A DNA stretch of 64,000 nt from an uncultured Rhodobacteraceae bacterium (lineage in GTDB: Bacteria; Pseudomonadota; Alphaproteobacteria; Rhodobacterales; Rhodobacteraceae), in assembly GCA_965662745.1 (NCBI GenBank), contig CBFIJK010000006.1:1496-65495 (forward strand), read 5' to 3'. Under the pieces are notes generated by a model. It had not been told where the DNA came from and did not search any database. It saw only the letters and a list, made by a program, of their open reading frames with translations. Below are positions 48,375 through 57,299 of the stretch, in pieces; the first letter of the stretch is position 1; every line of letters starts with the position of its first letter. The translations under genes and the position numbers were made by a program.

Positions 48375-49163
48375 ATGCAGATCGCCAAGTTCGACGATGT
48401 CAGCATCCACTACCGCGAAGATGGCGACCCGAAAGGCGCGCCGATTGTCTTCGCCAACTCGCTCGGCACCGATCTGCGGCTCTGGGACAAGATTATTCCG
48501 ATGCTGCCGAGCGGCCTCCGGATCATCCGCTACGACAAGCGCGGTCATGGCCTTTCGTCCTGCCCGCCCTCCCCCTACGCGATGGGCATGCTGGTCACGG
48601 ATCTCGAACGCCTGCTCGATCACCTCGAGGTCAAGGATTGCCTGCTCGTCGGGCTCTCCATCGGCGGGATGATCGCGCAGGGGCTTGCCGTCAAACGCAT
48701 GGATCTCGTGCGTGCGATGGTGATCTCGAACACCGGCGCCAAAATCGGCACGCCCGAGATGTGGCAGAGCCGCATCGACGGTGTGCGCGATCAGGGGATA
48801 GAGGCGCTAGCCGATGCCGTCATGGAACGTTGGTTCTCTGGATCGTTTCGCGAGACGCTCGAACTCGAAGCCTGGCGCAACATGCTCACCCGCACCCCGG
48901 CCGAAGGCTATATGGGCTGCTCGTCGGCGATCTCGGGCACGGATTTCTTCACGACAACGGCCAGCCTCACGCTTCCGACCCTCGCCATCGCCGGATCCGA
49001 AGACGGCTCCACCCCGCCCGATCTCGTGCGCGAGACCGCCGATCTCATCAAGGGCAGCCGCTTTCACCTGATCCGCGGCGCGGGTCATCTTCCCTGCGTC
49101 GAGAACCCCGAAGATTACGCCAAAGCCCTCACCGACTTCATCAAGGACACCGGCCATGCCTAG
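48375..49163 (+). CDS. pcaD: 3-oxoadipate enol-lactonase
   Basis: An alpha/beta hydrolase with GLSIGG, followed by pcaC; the N-terminus (IHYREDGDPKGAPIVFANSLGTDLRLWD) is typical. Confidence 0.85.
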   Translation: MQIAKFDDVSIHYREDGDPKGAPIVFANSLGTDLRLWDKIIPMLPSGLRIIRYDKRGHGLSSCPPSPYAMGMLVTDLERLLDHLEVKDCLLVGLSIGGMIAQGLAVKRMDLVRAMVISNTGAKIGTPEMWQSRIDGVRDQGIEALADAVMERWFSGSFRETLELEAWRNMLTRTPAEGYMGCSSAISGTDFFTTTASLTLPTLAIAGSEDGSTPPDLVRETADLIKGSRFHLIRGAGHLPCVENPEDYAKALTDFIKDTGHA

Positions 49164-49171
49164 CGCCCTTC

Positions 49172-49258
49172 GCATCCACTTTGGTTCTTCAAATACCTCA
49201 GGGGGGTCTGGGGGGGCAGAGCCCCCCCAGCGGATCGGGCGCAGAGCGCCCGAAACGA
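49172..49258 (+). repeat. intergenic repeat, copy B (diverged box plus two hairpins)
   Basis: The box at 49176-49199 is CCACTTTGGTTCTTCAAATACCTC. The hairpins are at 49208-49230 (CTGGGGGGG/CCCCCCCAG) and 49236-49252 (CGGGCGC/GCGCCCG). Confidence 0.6.
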
Positions 49259-49271
49259 AAGGCCAGCCCGA

Positions 49272-49649
49272 ATGAGCCGCTTCGATGATGGCATGACCAC
49301 CCGCCGCCGCGTGCTGGGCGATGCCCATGTGGACCGAGCCGAGGCGAAGAAAACCGCCTTTGATGAACCCTTTCAGACGCTGATCACCGAAGGCGCCTGG
49401 GGCAGCGTCTGGTCGCGCGATGCGATTAGTCCGCGCGAGCGCTCGATGCTGACCATCGCGCTTCTTGCTGCCCTCGGGAACCACGAAGAGGTCGCGATGC
49501 ATATCCGCGCCACGACCAACACCGGCGCCAGCAAGGACGACGTGATGGAGGCGCTACTTCATGTCGCGATCTATGCGGGTGTGCCCCGCGCCAATCACGC
49601 AATCAAGATCGCCAAGGAGACTTACGCAGAAATGGAGGGACAGGATTGA
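49272..49649 (+). CDS. pcaC: 4-carboxymuconolactone decarboxylase
   Basis: A CMD-family protein (WGSVWSRDAISPRERSMLTIALLAALG...HVAIYAGVP). Confidence 0.88.
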   Translation: MSRFDDGMTTRRRVLGDAHVDRAEAKKTAFDEPFQTLITEGAWGSVWSRDAISPRERSMLTIALLAALGNHEEVAMHIRATTNTGASKDDVMEALLHVAIYAGVPRANHAIKIAKETYAEMEGQD

Positions 49650-50374
49650 TGGATCAGGGCCCGCTTATCCCGAGGAACCGCGCGGCGCATCCGCCCGCGT
49701 ACGACGTCGATTACAAGACCTCTGTCCCGCGCAGCCCGCGCTGGCCGCTTCTGTCGATGGACGCGACGGTCACCGAGGAAACCGGCCCTACCTTCAGCCA
49801 TTCCATCCTTGGTAAATATGACAACAATCTCATCGTGAACTACACCCAAGGCGAGCACCTTGCTGTAGGGGAACGCATTCGCGTTCACGGCCGCGTTCTC
49901 GATGAAAATGGGCGGGCCGTCCCCAATGCGCTGGTCGAGATCTGGCAGGCCAATGCGGGCGGACGGTATCGTCACGTCAAGGACACCTATTTCGCCCCGC
50001 TCGATCCGAATTTCGGCGGCTGCGGACGCACGATCACCGACGAGAACGGCTTTTACGAGTTCATGACCATCCGTCCCGGCGCCTATCCCTGGCCAAACCG
50101 CGCCAATGACTGGCGGCCGATGCATATCCATTTTTCCATCTTCGGCCATGCCTTCGGTCAGCGTCTCATCAGCCAGATGTATTTCCAGGGCGATCCCCTG
50201 ATCGACCTCTGCCCCATCGCCGCGACGATCAAGGACCGCAGCCAGCTTGACCGGCTCGTCGCGCCGCTCGACATGGCGCGCTCGAAGCCGATGGACTACC
50301 TTGCCTACAAGTTCGACATCGTCCTGCGCGGTCGCCGCCAGACCATGTTCGAAAACAAGCCCGAGGGGATGTGA
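49649..50374 (+). CDS. pcaH: protocatechuate 3,4-dioxygenase beta subunit
   Basis: Contains VEIWQANAGGRYRH...MHIHFSIFG...QMYFQGDP. Confidence 0.93.
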   Translation: MDQGPLIPRNRAAHPPAYDVDYKTSVPRSPRWPLLSMDATVTEETGPTFSHSILGKYDNNLIVNYTQGEHLAVGERIRVHGRVLDENGRAVPNALVEIWQANAGGRYRHVKDTYFAPLDPNFGGCGRTITDENGFYEFMTIRPGAYPWPNRANDWRPMHIHFSIFGHAFGQRLISQMYFQGDPLIDLCPIAATIKDRSQLDRLVAPLDMARSKPMDYLAYKFDIVLRGRRQTMFENKPEGM

Positions 50375-50375
50375 G

Positions 50376-50975
50376 ATGACCCAAGCATTGGACACGCTGA
50401 TCGAGACGCCTTCCCAGACGGGCGGTCCCTATGTCCATATCGGCTGCATTCCGTCATTTGCCGGGGTGAACGGTATCTACCCGCACGATCTTGGCCTTTC
50501 GCCCTTCGAGGACGGCGCAAAGGGAGAGGTCATCACCATCACCGGCGAAGTGATCGACGGCACCGGCTGGGCCCTGCGCGATGCCATGCTGGAAAGCTGG
50601 CAGGCCGATGCCAGCGGCGTCTATCCCGGCCAAGACGGCGCTGATCCCAAGGTTAGCGGCTTTTGCCGGTTCGCCGCCGACAAGGACAGCGGCAAATTCA
50701 CCCTGACCACGATCAAGCCGGGCCGCACGCGGTTTGGACAGGGCCGCGAACAGGCCCCCCATATCGCCGTCTGGATCGCGGCGCGCGGCATCAATATCGG
50801 CCTTCTGACACGCATCTATTTCGAGGATGAGGACAACGATAGCGATCCGCTCCTTGCACGGATCGAACAACGCCAGCGCGTCGAAACCCTGATCGCAAAG
50901 AAATCCGGCGATGGCGCGTATACTTTCAACATCGTGCTGCAAGGGGACAGGGAAACCGTCTTTCTCGATCTCTGA
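50376..50975 (+). CDS. pcaG: protocatechuate 3,4-dioxygenase alpha subunit
   Basis: Contains TPSQTGGPYVHIG...ESWQADASGVY...PHIAVWIAARGINIGLLTRIYF. Confidence 0.92.
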   Translation: MTQALDTLIETPSQTGGPYVHIGCIPSFAGVNGIYPHDLGLSPFEDGAKGEVITITGEVIDGTGWALRDAMLESWQADASGVYPGQDGADPKVSGFCRFAADKDSGKFTLTTIKPGRTRFGQGREQAPHIAVWIAARGINIGLLTRIYFEDEDNDSDPLLARIEQRQRVETLIAKKSGDGAYTFNIVLQGDRETVFLDL

Positions 50976-51685
50976 TGGCGCGCTTCGTCCTGATCCACGG
51001 CGCCTGCCATGGCGCGTTCTGCTGGCGCGACCTGATCCCCCCGCTCAGCGCGGCGGGCCATGAGGTCATCGCCATCGACTTGCCGGGCATGGGCGCCGAT
51101 ACGACACCGGTGGACGACATCGACCTTGCCGCCTATGCAAACACCGCCCTTGCCGCCTGCACCGAGCCTTCGATCCTCGTCGGCCATTCCCTCGGCGGGC
51201 TGACCATCACCGAGGCCGCAGCGACGGATGCCTCGCACCTGCGCGGCATCGTCTATCTCGCCGCCTGGGCCCCGAAAGAAGGCGAAAGCGGCGCGAGCCT
51301 GCGCAAGACCCATGGCTGCGAGGCGCTTCAGGCCGCGACCATCCTGTCGGAGGACCGCAAGACCTTCAGCTTCCGCGAAGAGGCGCATATCCCCGTCTTC
51401 TACGCTGACTGCCCGCCGGAAACCGTGGAGTTTGTGCGCAAGGGCCTAAAGCCCCAGCCTGTGCTGCCCAGCCAGGCCCTGGCCAAATCCCTGCCCAAAG
51501 ACCTGCCGAAACATTACATCCGCTGCACCGGCGACATGGCGATCCCCCATGCCGCACAACTCGCCATGACCGCCGATTGGCCCAAAGGCACCGTGCATGC
51601 GATGGACAGCTCCCACTCGCCCTTCTTCGCCACGCCCGATAAGCTGGCGGCGCTGCTCGACCACATCGCGAAAGAGATACCATGA
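50975..51685 (+). CDS. alpha/beta-fold hydrolase/esterase embedded in the pca cluster
   Basis: Contains FVLIHGACHGAFCW...GHSLGG...SHSPF. Its start overlaps the pcaG stop. Confidence 0.7.
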   Translation: MARFVLIHGACHGAFCWRDLIPPLSAAGHEVIAIDLPGMGADTTPVDDIDLAAYANTALAACTEPSILVGHSLGGLTITEAAATDASHLRGIVYLAAWAPKEGESGASLRKTHGCEALQAATILSEDRKTFSFREEAHIPVFYADCPPETVEFVRKGLKPQPVLPSQALAKSLPKDLPKHYIRCTGDMAIPHAAQLAMTADWPKGTVHAMDSSHSPFFATPDKLAALLDHIAKEIP

Positions 51686-52515
51686 CCCAGAAGCCTTGCA
51701 TCATCTGCTGCGCCATCACCGGTTCCGTGCCCCGCAAGGCCGACAATCCGGCGGTTCCCGTCACTGTGTCCCAGCAAGTCGAATCAATGCATGAAGCCTT
51801 CGAGGCGGGCGCATCGATCTGCCATGCACATGTGCGCAACGACGACGAGTCGCCAAGCTCTGACCCCGAAAAATTCGCCGCTCTCAAAGAGGGGCTCGAA
51901 AAGCACTGCCCGGGTCTGATCATCCAGTTCTCGACCGGCGGCCGGTCGGGCGCGGGCCGCGAACGCGGCGGCATGATCCCGCTGGCGCCCGACATGGCCT
52001 CTCTCACGGTCGGATCGAACAACTTCCCGACGCGCGTATATGAAAACTCGCCGGATCTTGTAGACTGGCTCGCCTCTGAAATGCTCCAATATGACGTGAA
52101 GCCCGAAATCGAAGCCTTCGATCTGTCGCATATCCACCAGGCCGCCAAGATGGCGGGCGACGGGCGTCTGAAGGGACCGCTTTATATCCAGTTCGTCATG
52201 GGCGTGAAGAACGCGATGCCCACCGACAAGCCCAGCTTCGATTTCTATATCGAGACCGTCAAACGCCTTGCCCCCGATGCCGAATGGTGCGCCGCAGGCA
52301 TCGGCCCCAGCCAGATTGTGTTGAATGAATGGTGCGTTGCCCAGGGCGGTCATGCGCGCACGGGGCTCGAAGACAACATTCGTCTCGACAAATCAAACCT
52401 CGCGCCGTCCAACGCCGCTCTCGTCAAGCGCGTCACGGACCTTTGCGAGCAATACGAACGTCCGGTCGCAACACCCGCCCAGGCGCGAGAGATCCTCGGC
52501 CTGAAAGCTGCCTGA
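51682..52515 (+). CDS. beta-keto acid cleavage enzyme (BKACE / DUF849, 3-keto-5-aminohexanoate cleavage family)
   Basis: Contains IICCAITGS...HAHVRN...QFSTGGR...EAFD...GGHARTGLEDN. It overlaps both neighbouring genes. Confidence 0.8.
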   Translation: MTQKPCIICCAITGSVPRKADNPAVPVTVSQQVESMHEAFEAGASICHAHVRNDDESPSSDPEKFAALKEGLEKHCPGLIIQFSTGGRSGAGRERGGMIPLAPDMASLTVGSNNFPTRVYENSPDLVDWLASEMLQYDVKPEIEAFDLSHIHQAAKMAGDGRLKGPLYIQFVMGVKNAMPTDKPSFDFYIETVKRLAPDAEWCAAGIGPSQIVLNEWCVAQGGHARTGLEDNIRLDKSNLAPSNAALVKRVTDLCEQYERPVATPAQAREILGLKAA

Positions 52516-53843
52516 TGGCCGCCAGCGTCTATGACAGCGCACTCTACCGCGATCTCTTTCGTGACGACGATTGCGCCAAGCTTTTCAGCGACACGGCCGA
52601 AATCCGCGCGATGCTCATCGTCGAGGGCGCGCTGGCCAAGGCGCAAGGATCGCTCGGCCTGATCCCGGAAACGGCAGCGAAGGCGATCCACCGCGCAAGC
52701 CTTGAGGCGCAGATCGACCCCGTCGCGCTCGCGGAGGAAACCGGGCGTAGTGCTGTGCCGGTGCCTGCTCTCGTCTCGGCCTTTCGCACGGAAATCGGCG
52801 CGCCGGATCACGCGCAATACGTCCACTGGGGCGCGACATCGCAGGACATCATCGACACCGGCCTTATCCTGCGCCTGCGCCAGGTCATAGCGATCTTTGA
52901 GGCACGCCTCGCCGCGATCCTGTCCGCGCTCGGCACGCTGGCAGACACGCATGCCGACCTGCCCATGGCTGCGCGTACCTATGGCCAGATCGCCTCCCCC
53001 ACCAGCTTCGGCGCGGTCGTGGCCAGCTGGGGCCGGCCGCTTCTGCAACTGCAAGTCACCCTCCAGCCTGTGAAAGAGGCGCTTTTGTCCGTAAGCCTTT
53101 CGGGCGCGGCTGGCACGCTGTCGGCCATGGGCACTGATGGCGCAAAGGTTCGCGCCGCCCTCGCGGGGGAACTCGGCCTCGCCGATCCGGGCGCAAGCTG
53201 GCACAGCGAACGTGGCCGGATCACAGGCTTCACCTCCTGGATGACGCAGACCGCAACATCGCTCGCGAAGATGGGTGAAGACCTGATCCTCCTGACACAA
53301 TCGGGCCTGCAAGAGGTCACCCTCGCAACCGCGGGCGGCTCGTCCACCATGCCGCAGAAGCAGAACCCTGTGCAGCCGACCCTGCTCTCGGCCATCGGAT
53401 CGCAGATGATCGCGCTCTCCAGTGCGATGGACACGGCCGCCATCCACCGCCAGCAACGCGACGGCGCGGCCTGGTTCATAGAATGGATGACTTTGCCGCA
53501 GATGTGCCTCGGCCTCGCGAAAGCGCTGGCGATCGCAGAGGACCTCGCCAAGGGGCTGACACCAAGGCCCGACGCCATGCGCGCCCAGATCGACGACGGC
53601 CTCGGCCTCATCTACGCCGAAGCGCTCAGCTTCGATCTGGCCAAATCCATGCCGCGCCCGGACGCGCAGGCAAAGATCAAAGCCCTCTGCAAGACCGCGC
53701 TGGCCGAAAACACCCCGCTCGCCGATCTCGCCGCGCGCGAATGGCCAGACAAGGACCTCTCCGGCTTCTTCGATCCAGCCAGCCTCCTCGGCACCGCCCC
53801 CACCGAGGCCCGCGCCTTCGCATCAGCCGCAAAGGCGCGCTGA
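52515..53843 (+). CDS. pcaB: 3-carboxy-cis,cis-muconate cycloisomerase
   Basis: It has a fumarase/lyase class II fold (HWGATSQDIIDT, GSSTMPQKQNP) in pca context. Confidence 0.9.
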   Translation: MAASVYDSALYRDLFRDDDCAKLFSDTAEIRAMLIVEGALAKAQGSLGLIPETAAKAIHRASLEAQIDPVALAEETGRSAVPVPALVSAFRTEIGAPDHAQYVHWGATSQDIIDTGLILRLRQVIAIFEARLAAILSALGTLADTHADLPMAARTYGQIASPTSFGAVVASWGRPLLQLQVTLQPVKEALLSVSLSGAAGTLSAMGTDGAKVRAALAGELGLADPGASWHSERGRITGFTSWMTQTATSLAKMGEDLILLTQSGLQEVTLATAGGSSTMPQKQNPVQPTLLSAIGSQMIALSSAMDTAAIHRQQRDGAAWFIEWMTLPQMCLGLAKALAIAEDLAKGLTPRPDAMRAQIDDGLGLIYAEALSFDLAKSMPRPDAQAKIKALCKTALAENTPLADLAAREWPDKDLSGFFDPASLLGTAPTEARAFASAAKAR

Positions 53844-53845
53844 CC

Positions 53846-53947
53846 CACCCTCTTTGGTGTTCCAAAATATCCGGGGGAGTCCGCGCCGCGCGCGGACGGG
53901 GGCGAAGCCCCCCAACCGCCGCGCAAAGCGAAGCGGCGCGCGGCGGG
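53846..53947 (+). repeat. intergenic repeat, copy C (box plus three perfect hairpins)
   Basis: The box at 53849-53872 is CCTCTTTGGTGTTCCAAAATATCC. The hairpins are at 53879-53897, 53898-53912 and 53916-53946. Confidence 0.7.
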
Positions 53948-54068
53948 CATGTCTTGCGCCGCAGGCGCCCATCTTCTCGAAAAACCACACAAAACCCACC
54001 ATCTCGACCCTTGCCGGATCGGCGCGCTGCGGCCACTCTCGCCGCAGCCACGACGACAGGACGATCCA

Positions 54069-55163
54069 ATGCCCACAACCCTTCGCGCCGCGGTCTGCCG
54101 CGCCTTTGCCGAGCCACTGTCCATCGAGACCGTCACCCTCGCCGACCCTGGCCCCGGAGAGGTCGAGGTCACGCTCGACGCCTGCGCGATCTGCCATTCC
54201 GATATCTCGCTGGCCGAGGGGGGATGGGGCGGCCATCTTCCCGCGATCTACGGGCATGAAGCGGTCGGGCGGATATCGCAGCTTGGCCCTGGTGCAAAGG
54301 GCGCGGGCATCGGCGATACGGTCCTCGTCACCTTTCTTCGCAATTGCGGCACCTGCCCGTCCTGCCATGGCGGGCACCCGGCCAATTGCGAAACACCCTT
54401 CGATCGGCTCGGCCGCTTTACCGATGCGGACGGCACCCCGATCGAGCAAGGCCTTGGCTCGGGCTGTTTCGCCGAGAAGGTCGTCGTGGACACCAGCCAA
54501 ATCGTGCGCATCCCGGGCGATCTGCCTGCCGCCTCCGCCTCCACGCTCGCCTGCGGCGTCATCACCGGCATCGGCGCTGTCGTGAACACCGCAGGCCTGC
54601 GTCCGGGACAATCGGCGGTGGTGATCGGCGCGGGCGGCGTTGGCCTCAGCGCCATTCAAGGCGCAAGACTGGCGGGCGCGTCCCATGTCATCGCCGTCGA
54701 CATGACCGAGGAAAAGCTTGCCATCGCACGCGAATTCGGCGCCACGGGCGGCGTTCTGGCGACCGAGGCAAAACCATGGCGGGGCGCGATGAAGATCATC
54801 GGGCGCGGCGCCGACTACGTCTTCGTCACCGTCGGGGCCATCGCGGCCTATGACACGGCGATGCGGTATCTCGCCAATCACGGCAAGATGGTCATGGTTG
54901 GCATGCCCCATTCGGGCGAGACGACAAGCTATGAGCCAGTGATCGCCGCCTTCACCGGGCAGCAGATGATCGGGTCCAAGATGGGCGACGTGGTCATTGC
55001 CCGCGACATTCCCTGGATGATCGAGCTTTATAAGCAGGGTCGCCTGATGCTGGATGAACTTGTGTCGGCCACATGGACGCTCGACCAGATCAACGAGGCG
55101 ATTGCCGACACCAAATCCGGCGGCGCGCGGCGCAATGTCATCCTGTTCGGAGACCGCTCATGA
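54069..55163 (+). CDS. zinc-dependent alcohol dehydrogenase (MDR family)
   Basis: Contains ACAICHSD...GHEAVG... and GAGGVGLSAIQGA. Confidence 0.85.
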   Translation: MPTTLRAAVCRAFAEPLSIETVTLADPGPGEVEVTLDACAICHSDISLAEGGWGGHLPAIYGHEAVGRISQLGPGAKGAGIGDTVLVTFLRNCGTCPSCHGGHPANCETPFDRLGRFTDADGTPIEQGLGSGCFAEKVVVDTSQIVRIPGDLPAASASTLACGVITGIGAVVNTAGLRPGQSAVVIGAGGVGLSAIQGARLAGASHVIAVDMTEEKLAIAREFGATGGVLATEAKPWRGAMKIIGRGADYVFVTVGAIAAYDTAMRYLANHGKMVMVGMPHSGETTSYEPVIAAFTGQQMIGSKMGDVVIARDIPWMIELYKQGRLMLDELVSATWTLDQINEAIADTKSGGARRNVILFGDRS

Positions 55164-56389
55164 AGCTTGCCGATCTCGACATCATCGTCACGGCCCCGCC
55201 TGCGCCGGGCTGGGGCGGGCGTTACTGGATCCTGGTGAAGGTGACGACTGATACCGGCATCACCGGCTGGGGAGAGGTCTATGCCGCCTCGGTTGGCCCC
55301 GATGCGATGTGCGCCGTCATCCGAGATGTCTTTGCCCGGCACATGGAAGGCACGTCGCCCGAGAACATCGAGCTGATGTTCCGCCGCGCCTATTCCTCGG
55401 GCTTCACACAACGCCCCGATCTGACGGTCATGGGTGCGTTTTCAGGGCTAGAGATTGCGTGCTGGGATATCCTTGGCAAGGATCGCGGACGGCCCGTCTG
55501 GGCGCTTCTGGGCGGGCTGATGAACGAGCGTATCCGCGCCTATACCTATCTGTATCCGCAGGCGGACGATCCCGATTTGGGTGGATTCTGGAACGATGCG
55601 GACCGGACGGCAGAAGCGGCATCGCGCGCAGTCGCGGACGGCTGGACGGCGGTCAAGTTCGACCCCGCGGGCCCCTACACGATCCGGGGCGGGCATATGC
55701 CGTCCATGTCCGACATCTCGCGATCCGCCCGGTTCTGCGCAGCGGTGCGCGAAGCCGTCGGCGACAGCGCCGATATTCTTTTCGGCACTCATGGCCAGTT
55801 CACACCCGGTGGGGCGATCCGGCTGGGCCAGGCGATAGAGCCCTATCAACCGCTTTGGTTCGAAGAGCCGATTCCCCCCGACAACCCACTCGATTTCGCG
55901 CGCGTGGCGCAGGCGGTGCGCATTCCGCTTGCCACTGGCGAACGGGCGACGACGCGCGGCGAATTCGCGACCCTTTTGCGCGCAGGCGGCGTCGAGATCC
56001 TGCAACCGGCGCTGGGACGCGCTGGCGGGATCTGGGAAGGGCGCAAGATTGCCGCGCTGGCCGAATCCTTCGGCGCGCAGGTTGCGCCGCATCTTTATGC
56101 CGGACCTGTGGAATGGGCGGCGAACCTGCAACTGGCGGCCTCGATCCCCAATTTATTGCTGGCCGAAACCATCGCGACGCCGTTCCACGACGCACTGATC
56201 AAGGGTACGATTCGGGTCGAGGACGGGCATATTCGCGCCCCGCAAGCGCCGGGGCTGGGCATTGAGATCGACGAGGATCTGGCCCGCGCGCATCCCTATC
56301 GCGGCGATGCGTTGCATCTTTCGATGCAGGAAGAGCCGTGCAATTATGCGTCTGAGAACCGGTTCGAGGGCGGCGCCCCGCCGGACTGA
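55160..56389 (+). CDS. enolase-superfamily enzyme (mandelate racemase / galactonate dehydratase-like)
   Basis: Contains ITGWGEVY...ALEIACWDILGK...WFEEP...ATGER. The start shows an ATGA overlap with the ADH gene. Confidence 0.85.
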   Translation: MKLADLDIIVTAPPAPGWGGRYWILVKVTTDTGITGWGEVYAASVGPDAMCAVIRDVFARHMEGTSPENIELMFRRAYSSGFTQRPDLTVMGAFSGLEIACWDILGKDRGRPVWALLGGLMNERIRAYTYLYPQADDPDLGGFWNDADRTAEAASRAVADGWTAVKFDPAGPYTIRGGHMPSMSDISRSARFCAAVREAVGDSADILFGTHGQFTPGGAIRLGQAIEPYQPLWFEEPIPPDNPLDFARVAQAVRIPLATGERATTRGEFATLLRAGGVEILQPALGRAGGIWEGRKIAALAESFGAQVAPHLYAGPVEWAANLQLAASIPNLLLAETIATPFHDALIKGTIRVEDGHIRAPQAPGLGIEIDEDLARAHPYRGDALHLSMQEEPCNYASENRFEGGAPPD

Positions 56390-56567
56390 CCCTGCGATTG
56401 CTGCCCGATCCGGGACAGTTAGCGGCGTTCCGTAGGGGACGTTTCCCGGTCCGGAAACGGCTGCCCTATTCTGGCCGCATTTTTGTGCAAAATTTAATCA
56501 AGGCGCAAACCGTAGCACTTTCTCTACGAATAGCGTTGGTGAAGTAACGAGTCCTCCCTGACTGGAC

Positions 56568-56594
56568 GGCCGCCACACTGGCGGCCATTTTTTT
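56568..56594 (+). terminator. orphan intrinsic terminator about 180 nt downstream of the nearest plus-strand stop codon
   Basis: GGCCGCC-ACACT-GGCGGCC is followed by ATTTTTTT. Confidence 0.75.
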
Positions 56595-56626
56595 GGCGGA
56601 ACGCGTTCTTCATCGAAGACACAGGG

Positions 56627-57295
56627 TCAGGCGGCGATCGGTTCGATCAGTTCGGCGCCGCTCGCCCGGTTGGAATTCACCGCAGGATCGACCCGGTGCC
56701 AGATGAACCGATCTTCGGGCGCGGCGGTCATCAGCGTTGCCGCCCCTTTGCCTTCCTCGCCCAGCCAAAGCCCGTATTGATCCGGCGCCAATGTCACGGG
56801 CATGCGGTGATGGATGCCCGACATCGCGTCATTGGCCCCCGTCGTGACGATGGCGCAAGTGACAAGCTGGTCATCGCCCTTGTCCCAAGTTTGCCAGATG
56901 CCGGCGAAGGCGATCAATTCGCCACTTTGGGCGCGGATATACCAAGGCAATCGCTTGCCCTCGGGATCCTTGGTCCATTCATAGAAACCCGTGGCCGGAA
57001 TGATGCAGCGCCGTTCGCGGCAGGCGGCGCGGAAGGCGGGCTTTTCGGCAATCGTTTCGGCCCGCGCGTTGATCAGCAAGGGACCATCGGTCGGGAATTT
57101 GTACCAATGCGGGATAAAGCCCCAGCGCATCCGCGTCAGACGGCGGGGGCCATCACCCTGTGCGGTCACCACATGGACATCCGTGGTTGGGCAGACATTG
57201 TAGCGCGGCAGGTCCGGCAGGTCGTTGTCTGGGGCGGCCTCGAACAGGCGCGCCATCTCGTCATTGGCATGCGTCAGAACGAAACGGCCGCACAT
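56627..57295 (-). CDS. SOS-response-associated peptidase (SRAP / YedK family)
   Basis: The N-terminal MCGRF carries the catalytic Cys2; also MRWGFIPHW...NARAETI...FYEW. Confidence 0.88.
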   Translation of the reverse strand: MCGRFVLTHANDEMARLFEAAPDNDLPDLPRYNVCPTTDVHVVTAQGDGPRRLTRMRWGFIPHWYKFPTDGPLLINARAETIAEKPAFRAACRERRCIIPATGFYEWTKDPEGKRLPWYIRAQSGELIAFAGIWQTWDKGDDQLVTCAIVTTGANDAMSGIHHRMPVTLAPDQYGLWLGEEGKGAATLMTAAPEDRFIWHRVDPAVNSNRASGAELIEPIAA

Positions 57296-57299
57296 GGGA

